From the NCBI GenBank assembly GCA_040261535.1, contig JBDQNU010000003.1, forward strand, positions 42,334 through 106,333: a stretch of 64,000 bases of DNA, given 5' to 3'. Within the stretch, counting starts at the first letter, position 1; the number at the start of each line of letters is the position of its first letter. Shown in pieces: positions 9,330 through 17,968 of the stretch. The stretch comes from Poseidonia sp. (GTDB lineage Archaea; Thermoplasmatota; Poseidoniia; Poseidoniales; Poseidoniaceae). The position numbers were made by a program, and so were the translations under genes. Under the pieces are notes generated by a model. It did no database searches and had not been told where the DNA came from. It was given only the letters and a program-made list of their open reading frames with translations.

Positions 9330-11017
9330 CAACTCCACCCCCATTGAGCACGCAGTTCCGTCGCCCTCATCTGGGCGTCTCTGGATTCGACGTTCAGACC
9401 TTCAGCGAGGATCATCGCTCCTTGCTCGTCCACGATGGTGCGACCTCGAACCGAGACCGCTCGGCCGAGAAGATGCTCTCGGACCTGTTGAACGAAACCG
9501 AGGTCACCGTGCTCCTCCACGCTCGCCCTCATTTCATCGTCGGCCATCGAGAGGGCAGCCAAGGAAGCCTCTTTGTTGACCAAAACGGCCGTGGTCGCGC
9601 CGTCATCATCAACGACGAGGCGCAAGCGGACGTCCTCGTTGCCTTCGTTCGCCCCGTGATCGTAACATGCACCGTCACGAAGCACCCGGCGGCATTCCGT
9701 GCAGCGCATGATGAAACCCGAGTCTTCTCGGACGCTGACGACCATCCCGCTCGTTTCAATACCGACCCGGCTGGGGCCTGCAGCGAGTTCAGCGAGTGGA
9801 ACGACCACCGAATGGTTGGCGAGGTCAAGGGAATCGTCCCAGGGAGGGGCCTCGAGGACTTCCAGTTGTTCGGTTCGGTCCACGGTGATGTCGGGAATGC
9901 CCTGCCATGCACGTACCCGAGCACCCTTTACGCTCACCGTCACGGGCAAGGAAGCGGGGTCAAAGGGCAATTCATCCCAGATGCTCATTCGGCATCGCCC
10001 CGTCGGGTCAACGATTTGACCCGACCAGAGGAATTTCTCTTCGCCGTCCCGCTCAAAGGTTCGTTGCGTGAGCTCCGTGATTTGCACCACAGCGTCGACG
10101 TCTCGAGCACCGTCGGTGAATCCCGAGATGGAAGTGTTGGCGCTGTCGGAAAGCGTGTCGAGGTCGGCAAAGGATGCATCGTGGTACACCTCAACCCTCG
10201 TTGTGCGCCCCAAATTGAGTTCCGGTGTGTTTCGGAAACTTCGCACTTGGGCGCCATCGAATTTGAGCAACGTGCCAACTTCGTGTTCGAAAGGTTCCCA
10301 AGAGAGGAAGCCAATCGTTCCGGTTCCGTCCGCAATTCGACCACGAACGACATCGATGGAACCTGAGCCGTCCTTTCGGTGAATTTGGTCGGGCCTTGAA
10401 GCAAGGACACGACCAACAACGCAGATGTAGCCTTCTGCAGGAACATCGGTGATGTCGATGGGGTCGTTGGAAGCCGGGACCGTCGCCACGCCTTCTTTCA
10501 ACACCACAACGCGAGTGGACTGGTTGATGTTCAGCGACATTTTGCCGTTGTATTCGTTCACGCTCGCACCTTCAAGCCGAACGATGCTGCCTGCCGCCAG
10601 GTTCGCATGCGGGCCCCAGTCTTTGTAATCCCAGCGTACACGGGTGCCGTTTTCTTCCCACGGGTTGTCCTCGAGCATGCCGAACGCGATTTGCTTGTCC
10701 TCGCCTCGGATGGTCTGGTCCCGAATGTTGTGGGTGATGATCGCCACTTCAAGTTCAACGTCTCGATCCGAACCGTTCAATTCGCTCAAGGAAGCCACCT
10801 TCTTGGTGGCCTTGGCCTCTCGGGTCCCGCCGTGGGTGGCGGTAGCGGGAGATGTTCCGCTTTTGAACCGACGCAAGACGGAACGCATGGCGTCCTGAGG
10901 AGGGATGTAGAATTCTTCCTCGTACTTGGCGAAGGCTTCCGAGATTTGAGCCGCATCGGCGTCGGGGCATTCCTTCAAGATCGCCTCAATGTAGTCGGCA
11001 TACTTGTCTTCAGCCAT
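9329..11017 (-). CDS. rpa: Replication protein A (multi-OB-fold ssDNA-binding protein with Zn finger)
   Basis: Repeated OB folds (GRIADGTGTI, GQIVDPTGRC, VVDDDG) and a CTEC...CYDH zinc finger. Confidence 0.88.
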   Translation of the reverse strand: MAEDKYADYIEAILKECPDADAAQISEAFAKYEEEFYIPPQDAMRSVLRRFKSGTSPATATHGGTREAKATKKVASLSELNGSDRDVELEVAIITHNIRDQTIRGEDKQIAFGMLEDNPWEENGTRVRWDYKDWGPHANLAAGSIVRLEGASVNEYNGKMSLNINQSTRVVVLKEGVATVPASNDPIDITDVPAEGYICVVGRVLASRPDQIHRKDGSGSIDVVRGRIADGTGTIGFLSWEPFEHEVGTLLKFDGAQVRSFRNTPELNLGRTTRVEVYHDASFADLDTLSDSANTSISGFTDGARDVDAVVQITELTQRTFERDGEEKFLWSGQIVDPTGRCRMSIWDELPFDPASLPVTVSVKGARVRAWQGIPDITVDRTEQLEVLEAPPWDDSLDLANHSVVVPLAELAAGPSRVGIETSGMVVSVREDSGFIMRCTECRRVLRDGACYDHGANEGNEDVRLRLVVDDDGATTAVLVNKEASLAALSMADDEMRASVEEHGDLGFVQQVREHLLGRAVSVRGRTIVDEQGAMILAEGLNVESRDAQMRATELRAQWGWS

Positions 11018-11154
11018 GCAGCAAACCTCCGCAAGGCGTTGTTCTTCGTAGCCTGTGCGGAGGACAGGCGGCGGGCTTTCGTGCGGGTTGGTTAAGATTG
11101 GACACTCCCATTACCTCCATGGGAAGGCTCACCACTGACGACAGGTCATAAAGA

Positions 11155-11171
11155 ATCCCGTGAGGCGGGAT
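11155..11171 (-). terminator. Possible terminator hairpin downstream of tldE
   Basis: ATCCCG-tgagg-CGGGAT stem 8 bp past the stop, followed by TCTTTAT on the minus strand. Confidence 0.3.
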
Positions 11172-11178
11172 GGACGGT

Positions 11179-12588
11179 TCAAGCCGGGTTCACACGAAGG
11201 CCGTTCATGAGGAGGACATCGGGCAAGTGCATGCTTCCCGAAGAGTACGAACCTTGCCGCCTCACCTCGTCGCCGAGCAGCACTTCTCCGTTGAGCGCCT
11301 TCGCCAAATTTCCCGAAAGTCCCGCTTGCTTGAGTGCGCCGACGACTTCGCCGTTTTCGACCTTGAGAATGGCGCTGGTGGTGACGGAAAAATCTCCGCT
11401 ACTCGGGTTGGCTGTGTGCGCACCCATGACGCTGTTGATGATGTAGCCCTCTTGCATGGCTTCCAAAAGATCGTGTTGAGAACGCCCTGGCTTGGAGGAG
11501 GTCAAGAACAGTTCTGTGCATCCGGTTGAAGGCGGGGCTTGGTGGCCACCGCTGGAAGCCGAACCGGTGGATGCTGCGACGTCGATGCGCCCTTCCGCCA
11601 CCTGTTGAGCAGCATCTCGTGTCGACCAGAGCATCGAGCAAAGACGACCGTTTTCAATCAGCGTTCTTCGCTGTCGTGGGACACCTTCAGCGTCTCTGGA
11701 CCCCGAGGACAGGCCGCCCTCAAGCAAACCGTCGTCAACGACGGTCAAGGTCTCGTTGAGCACTTGCTGCTCCATGCGATCGGACCAAAACGATTCTTTG
11801 CGAACCATTTTTTCTCCCGTGAGCGCCGGTGGAACCACCATGGAAAAGAGGGGAGAGAAGCCTTCGCTGGTCATCAAAACCGGTGCGTCAACGGGTTCGC
11901 TTTCCACCTCGAGAGGGTTTTGCGTGACTTGAGCCCAATGAACGGCCCTGCCGACGCAAGCGGGAATTTCAGGCAGTTTTGCTCGGCTTGAATCTCCTTG
12001 ATACGAGCTCGTCAGTTCCCCGTTGGCGTCGATCGTGACTTGCAAGCCGATGCCGTGAGACGTCGTGATGCCCGAGGAGAGAATCCCTTCGCTGCTCATG
12101 AAACACGAGGCGGTTGCGGAAATGCCAACGCCGCCCCCCGTGATGACGGCTCGCTCGTCTAAACTTGCAACCTCGGAGAGGACACCGTCCGCTTGCTCAA
12201 GCAAATCCTCGGGAGAAACGTCAAGCAACGAAGGATCGTATCGGCCGCCGACCGTTTCAGCAGGTTGAGCCGAAGGAAGCACAAATCCGTTCACCGAGGG
12301 CGACTTGTTGGCGATGTCCAAGGCTTGCTTGACCGCTCGCTCTGCACCGGTCACGTCGACCAGATGGGCGAAGCCAAATCGGCCCCGGTCAACCAAGCGC
12401 AAACCGAATCCGCCTTCGCCACCACCGCTTGCCATCGTGATTTTTCCGGCTTCAATGTCCAATTCATGACCGTAGGATTGGAAGCCAACGAGGTCCCATT
12501 GCTCGACGCCGCTGGCTCGACAAGCATCTGCGAGCCGTTTGGCGTTGGCCAACAAGCGGTCTTCCGCATCGCTTGGGAGCATGCTCAT
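11179..12588 (-). CDS. pmbA: TldE/PmbA family protein
   Basis: RDAEGVP...LIENG, GAHTANPSSGDFS motifs; no HExxH; ATGA overlap with tldD. Confidence 0.88.
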   Translation of the reverse strand: MSMLPSDAEDRLLANAKRLADACRASGVEQWDLVGFQSYGHELDIEAGKITMASGGGEGGFGLRLVDRGRFGFAHLVDVTGAERAVKQALDIANKSPSVNGFVLPSAQPAETVGGRYDPSLLDVSPEDLLEQADGVLSEVASLDERAVITGGGVGISATASCFMSSEGILSSGITTSHGIGLQVTIDANGELTSSYQGDSSRAKLPEIPACVGRAVHWAQVTQNPLEVESEPVDAPVLMTSEGFSPLFSMVVPPALTGEKMVRKESFWSDRMEQQVLNETLTVVDDGLLEGGLSSGSRDAEGVPRQRRTLIENGRLCSMLWSTRDAAQQVAEGRIDVAASTGSASSGGHQAPPSTGCTELFLTSSKPGRSQHDLLEAMQEGYIINSVMGAHTANPSSGDFSVTTSAILKVENGEVVGALKQAGLSGNLAKALNGEVLLGDEVRRQGSYSSGSMHLPDVLLMNGLRVNPA

Positions 12589-14027
12589 CCCACCAAGGCT
12601 TCACGAATTCGCATCACTGGGCCGCCGTCGCCAACAGGAACGGTTTGCCCCTTGCCGCAAAATCCAGGCGAAGCCAGCATCGCATCTCGGGTTAGGCCGT
12701 CCACGTTCTTCAAAATCTGAAGCGTGAGGCCGCTCACGCTGACGTCTTTGAGGGGGCGGGTGAGTTCACCGTTCTCGATCAGCCATGCCTCCTGTGCAGC
12801 GAATTGGAAGGACCCGCGACCTGTATCGACTTGACCGCCTCGGGTTCCGCACGCATAAACGCCGTATTCGATGTCTTCCATCAATTCGTCCATGTCCGCA
12901 TGGTGACCGCCTTGAATCATCGTGTTGGACATCCGAACCAGAGGATGGTGCAAGCCGTCCTGCGCTCGTGCGCCTCCGTTGGGGTCAACGCCAAAATGGT
13001 GAGCCGTCTCGCGATGATTGAGGTATTCCGTCAACACGCCGTTCTTGATGAGAACCTTTTCTCGTGTGTCAACGCCCTCGTCATCAACGGGATAGGCCCC
13101 GTAACCGCCCATCATGGTGGGGTCGTCAACCACGGTCACGATTTCGTTGCCGATTTGATGGCCGAGTTTTCCATCAAGGCATGAATCTCCAGCAGCCACC
13201 AAATCGGCTTCACAGGGATGGCCGAGGGCTTCGTGAATGTAGACGCCGGTGAGGTCGCGGTCGGCGATCAGCGGCATCTTGCCTGACGGGGCCCGCTCTG
13301 CGGTGAGCAGGCGCAAGGCCGCGCGCTGGGCCTGTTCTCCAAGTTCGACAAGGTCGCAGGCCTGAATCACTTCGAGGCCCCCTTGCCCCCCGTGCCGGGT
13401 TCGGTAGGAGACCACTTCGCCGTCTCGGCGAGCCGTGACCATCCCGTGAATCAAGGAACGCTGGAAGGACCAGACTCGATCCATTCCCTCGGTAGTCATG
13501 AGTTCGGTGTGAAGGTGTTCGTCGCTCCATCCGGTTCTGACCGAGACAACGTCGTCGTGCCCGGTTGCCCCCCTGTACAGGTCGTTCATGAGTTCCATCT
13601 TAACGTCCAGTTCGGTGTGGCGGACGTCCAAAACGGAGCGCCAATGTTGTTCGTCTTCGATAATCGGAACCTCAGCGAGCCCCACGGGCCGGTCCTTGGC
13701 CGACCGGCGGGCAGCGACGGCTTTGGCCAGTCGGGTGGTCGATTCGATTTGGTCGTTCAACGAAGCGAGATCGGTGGTCGAATGCACGCCCCAAGCCCCG
13801 TCGGCGAGGACGCGTAGGGTCATCCCGAGTTCTTGGCCGGGAATGGCTCTCTCGAGGACGCCATCCCGCATGGCGACGGTCGACTCGGTGAGCGACATCA
13901 CCCGAACTTCTGCATACTCGGCGCCGAGTTCTTTGGCATGACCGAGGGCTTTACGCACCCGTTCTTGGTCCAAATATCGGCCCGTGGAAGGCATGTGGTT
14001 TGTTCCGGGAGTGGCCGCCATCACCAT
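12585..14027 (-). CDS. tldD: TldD metalloprotease
   Basis: HEALGHPCEAD, DDEG, RMSNT, GGQVD, CGKGQ..PV motifs. Confidence 0.92.
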   Translation of the reverse strand: MVMAATPGTNHMPSTGRYLDQERVRKALGHAKELGAEYAEVRVMSLTESTVAMRDGVLERAIPGQELGMTLRVLADGAWGVHSTTDLASLNDQIESTTRLAKAVAARRSAKDRPVGLAEVPIIEDEQHWRSVLDVRHTELDVKMELMNDLYRGATGHDDVVSVRTGWSDEHLHTELMTTEGMDRVWSFQRSLIHGMVTARRDGEVVSYRTRHGGQGGLEVIQACDLVELGEQAQRAALRLLTAERAPSGKMPLIADRDLTGVYIHEALGHPCEADLVAAGDSCLDGKLGHQIGNEIVTVVDDPTMMGGYGAYPVDDEGVDTREKVLIKNGVLTEYLNHRETAHHFGVDPNGGARAQDGLHHPLVRMSNTMIQGGHHADMDELMEDIEYGVYACGTRGGQVDTGRGSFQFAAQEAWLIENGELTRPLKDVSVSGLTLQILKNVDGLTRDAMLASPGFCGKGQTVPVGDGGPVMRIREALVG

Positions 14028-14065
14028 GGTTCAAAGTAGGCAGTGGTAGCCTTTGAACCCTCCCC

Positions 14066-14632
14066 CTACCGGTGGGAGGAACTTTGGTCGTCGGCCATCA
14101 AAACATGAGCGAGAATCGCTTCCTCAAGGCGTTCCTCTGCCCACCCCTCCACGTCGATGCCCAAACGTTTCATCCCCTCTATAGATGGAGAGGCTTCGGA
14201 TTCGCCCTTCGACCATGACAACGAGGAAAGAAGCGAGGCCAGTCCGTCATCAAACGTACCCTCGAGAACGGCTTTGGGCTGAAGGTGCCCCAAATCGTTC
14301 GCCTCCCCTTCTGCTCGAGGGAGCCAAACAACCCAAGCCAAGGCATCGTCAGCACCTACTCCTGCTCTGGAGAAGGCCTCCGAGATGTGATGCGTTCCGG
14401 CGAGGTAGCGAAGGAACTCTGCGTCGACCGAACGGGCAACCATGGTGTTGCGCAGTTCGTTACGAGCAGCTTGAATCCATGCTGTCCAAAGTTGAACATG
14501 CGAGTGAACGGCGTGCTGACCGATCAAAACCCAGCGTGCGTCGCTCCGGTGTTGTAAAAACCGGTCAACCGGGGTTCCCTCCTCACTCGCTGCCATGGCT
14601 ACGAGAGAACACGGAAACGGCTCGCCCGACAT
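14066..14632 (-). CDS. cgi121: KEOPS complex subunit Cgi121
   Basis: VARSVDAEFLRYLAGTHHISEAFSRAGV matches the Cgi121 signature; start uncertain; follows hel308 as is common in archaea. Confidence 0.75.
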   Translation of the reverse strand: MSGEPFPCSLVAMAASEEGTPVDRFLQHRSDARWVLIGQHAVHSHVQLWTAWIQAARNELRNTMVARSVDAEFLRYLAGTHHISEAFSRAGVGADDALAWVVWLPRAEGEANDLGHLQPKAVLEGTFDDGLASLLSSLSWSKGESEASPSIEGMKRLGIDVEGWAEERLEEAILAHVLMADDQSSSHR

Positions 14633-14657
14633 GGTTTGGCGAAGGTTCAATCGCATT

Positions 14658-17261
14658 TCAATGATGGTCTTGGCGTTCACCGGCGAGCGGGGCATCGTCA
14701 ACTCTTGGCTTGTCTTGAGGTGGTTGTTGCTTTGAGCGTTTGAGAATGCGCTGGATTTCTGCTTCGATGTTGTCGAGCAGCAAAGGACCCCAACCCCGCA
14801 ACGAGAGCACCTTTTGCCGCATGCTCGGGCTCATGTTCAGGACATCGCCGGGCTCCCGCAACCCCAAGGCGGCGAGGTCACGGGCTCGTTGTCGCCCAAC
14901 GTGACGAATGTTGACGAGTTGAAGCAAATCGGCTTTGCAACCGTGCCGTACGCGTTGTTGGAGGACGCTCACTTGTTGTACCAGTTGCGAAACGATGCCC
15001 ATGTGCTCCTCAGCAAACACGTCGTCGGTGAGGACAACGTGTTGAGCACCCGAAAGAAGCCAACCCATCAAATCCACGCGATGGTGAACATCGCCCGGGA
15101 GAACGTCCAACGATTTCTCCAGTTCTCGCAGCGTGGTTTCTTCGGTCCACTCTTCAACCATCCATGCGCTTTTGATGTCGCTCAGCATGGCTTCTGCATA
15201 GCCCGGTTCGATCAGGAGCTCGTTCTCGGTGGCGTTGGCTTTGAGCCACGTCGCCGAATTGGCCTCCATGTCCGCCGTCTTCGCCCACAACGACGCAAAA
15301 TCCGGCGTTGCAACGGCAAGGTGGAGCAACCCGAAATCACTCACCGGTGCATCTTGGCGAACCAATCGCCTCACCGCTCTCCGCAAGCCCGTCCGCAAAA
15401 TGGAAGCGGAAAGAGGGTCAAGGTAGAGCTGCGTCACCCGCTCACCCATCGCCGTGGCTTCGTAACGCATACCGGGCCCGTCCTCCACCGGATTCAAAGC
15501 GGGGGTTGAACCGTGCCCAAAGGAGGAAGCCGGCGAAAACCCGAACACCGGCGAGGTGTGTACGGAGGGGGAGCGTAGCACAGGCGACCCTGATGCCTGG
15601 GGGGACCACGCCACACCAGCGGTTTCCACAGCGCTCGATGCCCACGCTGGAACCGTGTCGTCCCAAGCCTCCTCCTCGCCATCAGCGTTGTTGGCCTCGG
15701 TTGAACGGGGGGTGAAGTGCGGGTCATCGCCGCATTTTCGCAGAAAGCGTTCCTCGACCAACCACCCGAGCATGGTTGACAGGCGCTCCTTGAGTTGGCT
15801 CGCCGGCATGGTTGAACCGAGGAACGTTGAGAAGAAAAAGTGCTCAATGTCCCCTCGGTGGACCAAGCCTCCGGTGGCGACGCTTGCCAGGAGGTGCATT
15901 CTCAAGGCGGGTTCAGAAGCCAATTTCGACGTCACGTCCTCAACGGGACCGAAGAAATACCGATCCGCCACGGCGTCGGCCACCTCCCAACCGTCCGTCC
16001 CTTTACAGTACACCCATGCTTCGCCTTGCGTGTCGTATTTTGGCCGTCCTGCCCGCCCAAGCATTTGGCGCACCTCCATCACCGGTAGGGGACGACTCAT
16101 GCCGTCGTCCCATCGTTTGAGGTCACGCACCAAAACGCGGCGTGCAGGAAGATTGACCCCCGCTGCGAGGGTGGGCGTGGCGGTGAGCGCCACCAAAAGA
16201 CCGGACTTGAAGGCGGCTTCGACCTCCTTTCGCTGGGCATGGGTGAGTCCCGCATGATGGAATCCGACACCACCTGCGAGGCAAGAAGCAAGTTGTTCTG
16301 CGAGGTTTGACTGATTCCGTCCTGAAAGCCGTTCAGCGAGTTCATTGAGTTTGAGCAATCGGTCAGGCTGTTCCTTAGAAAGTCGTTTCGTGACGCGCTT
16401 TGCGAGGTTTTTCGCCTCCGATTGGGCGCTTCTTCGGGTGCCGACAAACATCAGGACTTGGCTTTCCGAATCCATACCGTCGCTCACCACACTCCAAACG
16501 GGGTGGCTTTTGAGCCCCTCGAGATGGCGGGGCGGCCCCAATGGAGGAACGTCCCCCCCCTCTCCAGGCGATTGCAATTTCCGAGGCTCGACGTGAAAGT
16601 CATGGAACGTGGCGTATTCAAGGGCGACGGGCCGCCAATCGGACTGGATGAGCGTGGCATCCAGCCACGTCGCCAACGCCTCGGCGTTCCCCACGGTTGC
16701 AGAGAGGGCGACGAGTTGAGCATCCGGTTTGATGTGCCGGAGACGGGTGAGGTTGATCTCAAGGGTCGGGCCCCGAGTAGCGTCGTTCATCAAATGGAAT
16801 TCATCGGCCACCACGCAGCAAACATCAGCAAGAAGTTCGGCGTTGTGACGCATCAACGAATCGAGTTTTTCGGAGGTGCATACCAAGATGTTGCACTCCT
16901 TGATGTTCTTCGCTTCAGACGTCGCGTCCCCGATGCCCAAGCCCACCGAGAATCCCATGGCTCGACCCACTTCGGTCAACTCCTCGTATTTCTCCATCGC
17001 CAACGCCTTGAGCGGGACGATGTAGATGGCTTTTGAACGGTCGTGACCTTCGCTCAAGCGCTTCACTATGGCAATGTAAGCAAGAAGCGACTTACCGGAT
17101 GCCGTGGGTATGGCGATCAGGGTATTCCGACCCTCGACCACCGAGGGAACGGCTTCGGCTTGCGGCGGGTGAAGTTGTTCAATTCCCCATTCTCGCTGGA
17201 GAAACTTGACGAATTTGGAGGGCAGGTCAAGCGCTGCAACATCACGCTCAAACCCCTCCAT
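14658..17261 (-). CDS. hel308: Hel308/Hjm Ski2-like DNA helicase
   Basis: PTASGKS, DEFH, LSAT, FHHAGL, TPTLAAGVNLPA, QMLGRAGRP, C-terminal HhH. Confidence 0.93.
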   Translation of the reverse strand: MEGFERDVAALDLPSKFVKFLQREWGIEQLHPPQAEAVPSVVEGRNTLIAIPTASGKSLLAYIAIVKRLSEGHDRSKAIYIVPLKALAMEKYEELTEVGRAMGFSVGLGIGDATSEAKNIKECNILVCTSEKLDSLMRHNAELLADVCCVVADEFHLMNDATRGPTLEINLTRLRHIKPDAQLVALSATVGNAEALATWLDATLIQSDWRPVALEYATFHDFHVEPRKLQSPGEGGDVPPLGPPRHLEGLKSHPVWSVVSDGMDSESQVLMFVGTRRSAQSEAKNLAKRVTKRLSKEQPDRLLKLNELAERLSGRNQSNLAEQLASCLAGGVGFHHAGLTHAQRKEVEAAFKSGLLVALTATPTLAAGVNLPARRVLVRDLKRWDDGMSRPLPVMEVRQMLGRAGRPKYDTQGEAWVYCKGTDGWEVADAVADRYFFGPVEDVTSKLASEPALRMHLLASVATGGLVHRGDIEHFFFSTFLGSTMPASQLKERLSTMLGWLVEERFLRKCGDDPHFTPRSTEANNADGEEEAWDDTVPAWASSAVETAGVAWSPQASGSPVLRSPSVHTSPVFGFSPASSFGHGSTPALNPVEDGPGMRYEATAMGERVTQLYLDPLSASILRTGLRRAVRRLVRQDAPVSDFGLLHLAVATPDFASLWAKTADMEANSATWLKANATENELLIEPGYAEAMLSDIKSAWMVEEWTEETTLRELEKSLDVLPGDVHHRVDLMGWLLSGAQHVVLTDDVFAEEHMGIVSQLVQQVSVLQQRVRHGCKADLLQLVNIRHVGRQRARDLAALGLREPGDVLNMSPSMRQKVLSLRGWGPLLLDNIEAEIQRILKRSKQQPPQDKPRVDDAPLAGERQDHH

Positions 17262-17349
17262 GCACCCAGAGTTGAGGCAGCGGTTCAAAAGGACGACGGA
17301 GGGGGGTGCAGGCCGACATCCCTAAGTCCCACCGAGGGATGGTCAGTTC

Positions 17350-17967
17350 ATGAGCGACGACGTTGAGTCCATGGTTGAAGAACGGCTCTCGGTGTTTGAC
17401 GATGAACCCGATTTGAACGATTGGGTGGAGGTCATGTGCGGTGCAGCGATGGTCGTTTTGGGCATCTTCCACCTCATTGAACCCGGTGAAATCGTGGACG
17501 CCAACGTGATGCGCTGGTTCTCCGCTGCCGTCGTCGCGGCCGGTGCGGTCTGGGCAGGCCACGGACTGAAAGACATGGCCGTCAAGGAAGTCCGCCGCTC
17601 CATCGCTCTGCTCGACATGGCGGACGGCCCCTCCGGGGTCGACACCGGCTTGATTCGAGACGTTTTGCTCAACCAAGACGCCTACCGTGACTTTTTGGTT
17701 CACGCTTACGAATCCGCATGGCAGGACGGCGTCATCACCAAAGAGGAACTCGTGGAATTGAAATCATTCCAGGAGGCACTAGGCATTACCGATTCCGAAG
17801 CGGCTGACATCAACGTCAAGGCCGCCATTAAGTCCGCAGCAGCGGATGGCAAGATCACCGAAGCCGAAGCCGAATCCATCGATGAAGCAGCCAAAGCTGC
17901 AAACATGTCAAAAGAGGAAGTCTCGGCTGCTGTTTCCGATGAATTGGAAAAGAAAAACAAGGAATGA
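17350..17967 (+). CDS. Membrane protein with TerB-like C-terminal acidic domain
   Basis: Two TM helices; AWQDGVITKEE and AADGKITEAE repeats. Confidence 0.55.
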   Translation: MSDDVESMVEERLSVFDDEPDLNDWVEVMCGAAMVVLGIFHLIEPGEIVDANVMRWFSAAVVAAGAVWAGHGLKDMAVKEVRRSIALLDMADGPSGVDTGLIRDVLLNQDAYRDFLVHAYESAWQDGVITKEELVELKSFQEALGITDSEAADINVKAAIKSAAADGKITEAEAESIDEAAKAANMSKEEVSAAVSDELEKKNKE

Positions 17968-17968
17968 T

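Noticed and set aside
15470-15735. Intein in Hel308 (also considered for gyrA, gyrB and cdc6)
   Set aside because: No C-terminal HN|C/S/T junction and no homing endonuclease motifs.
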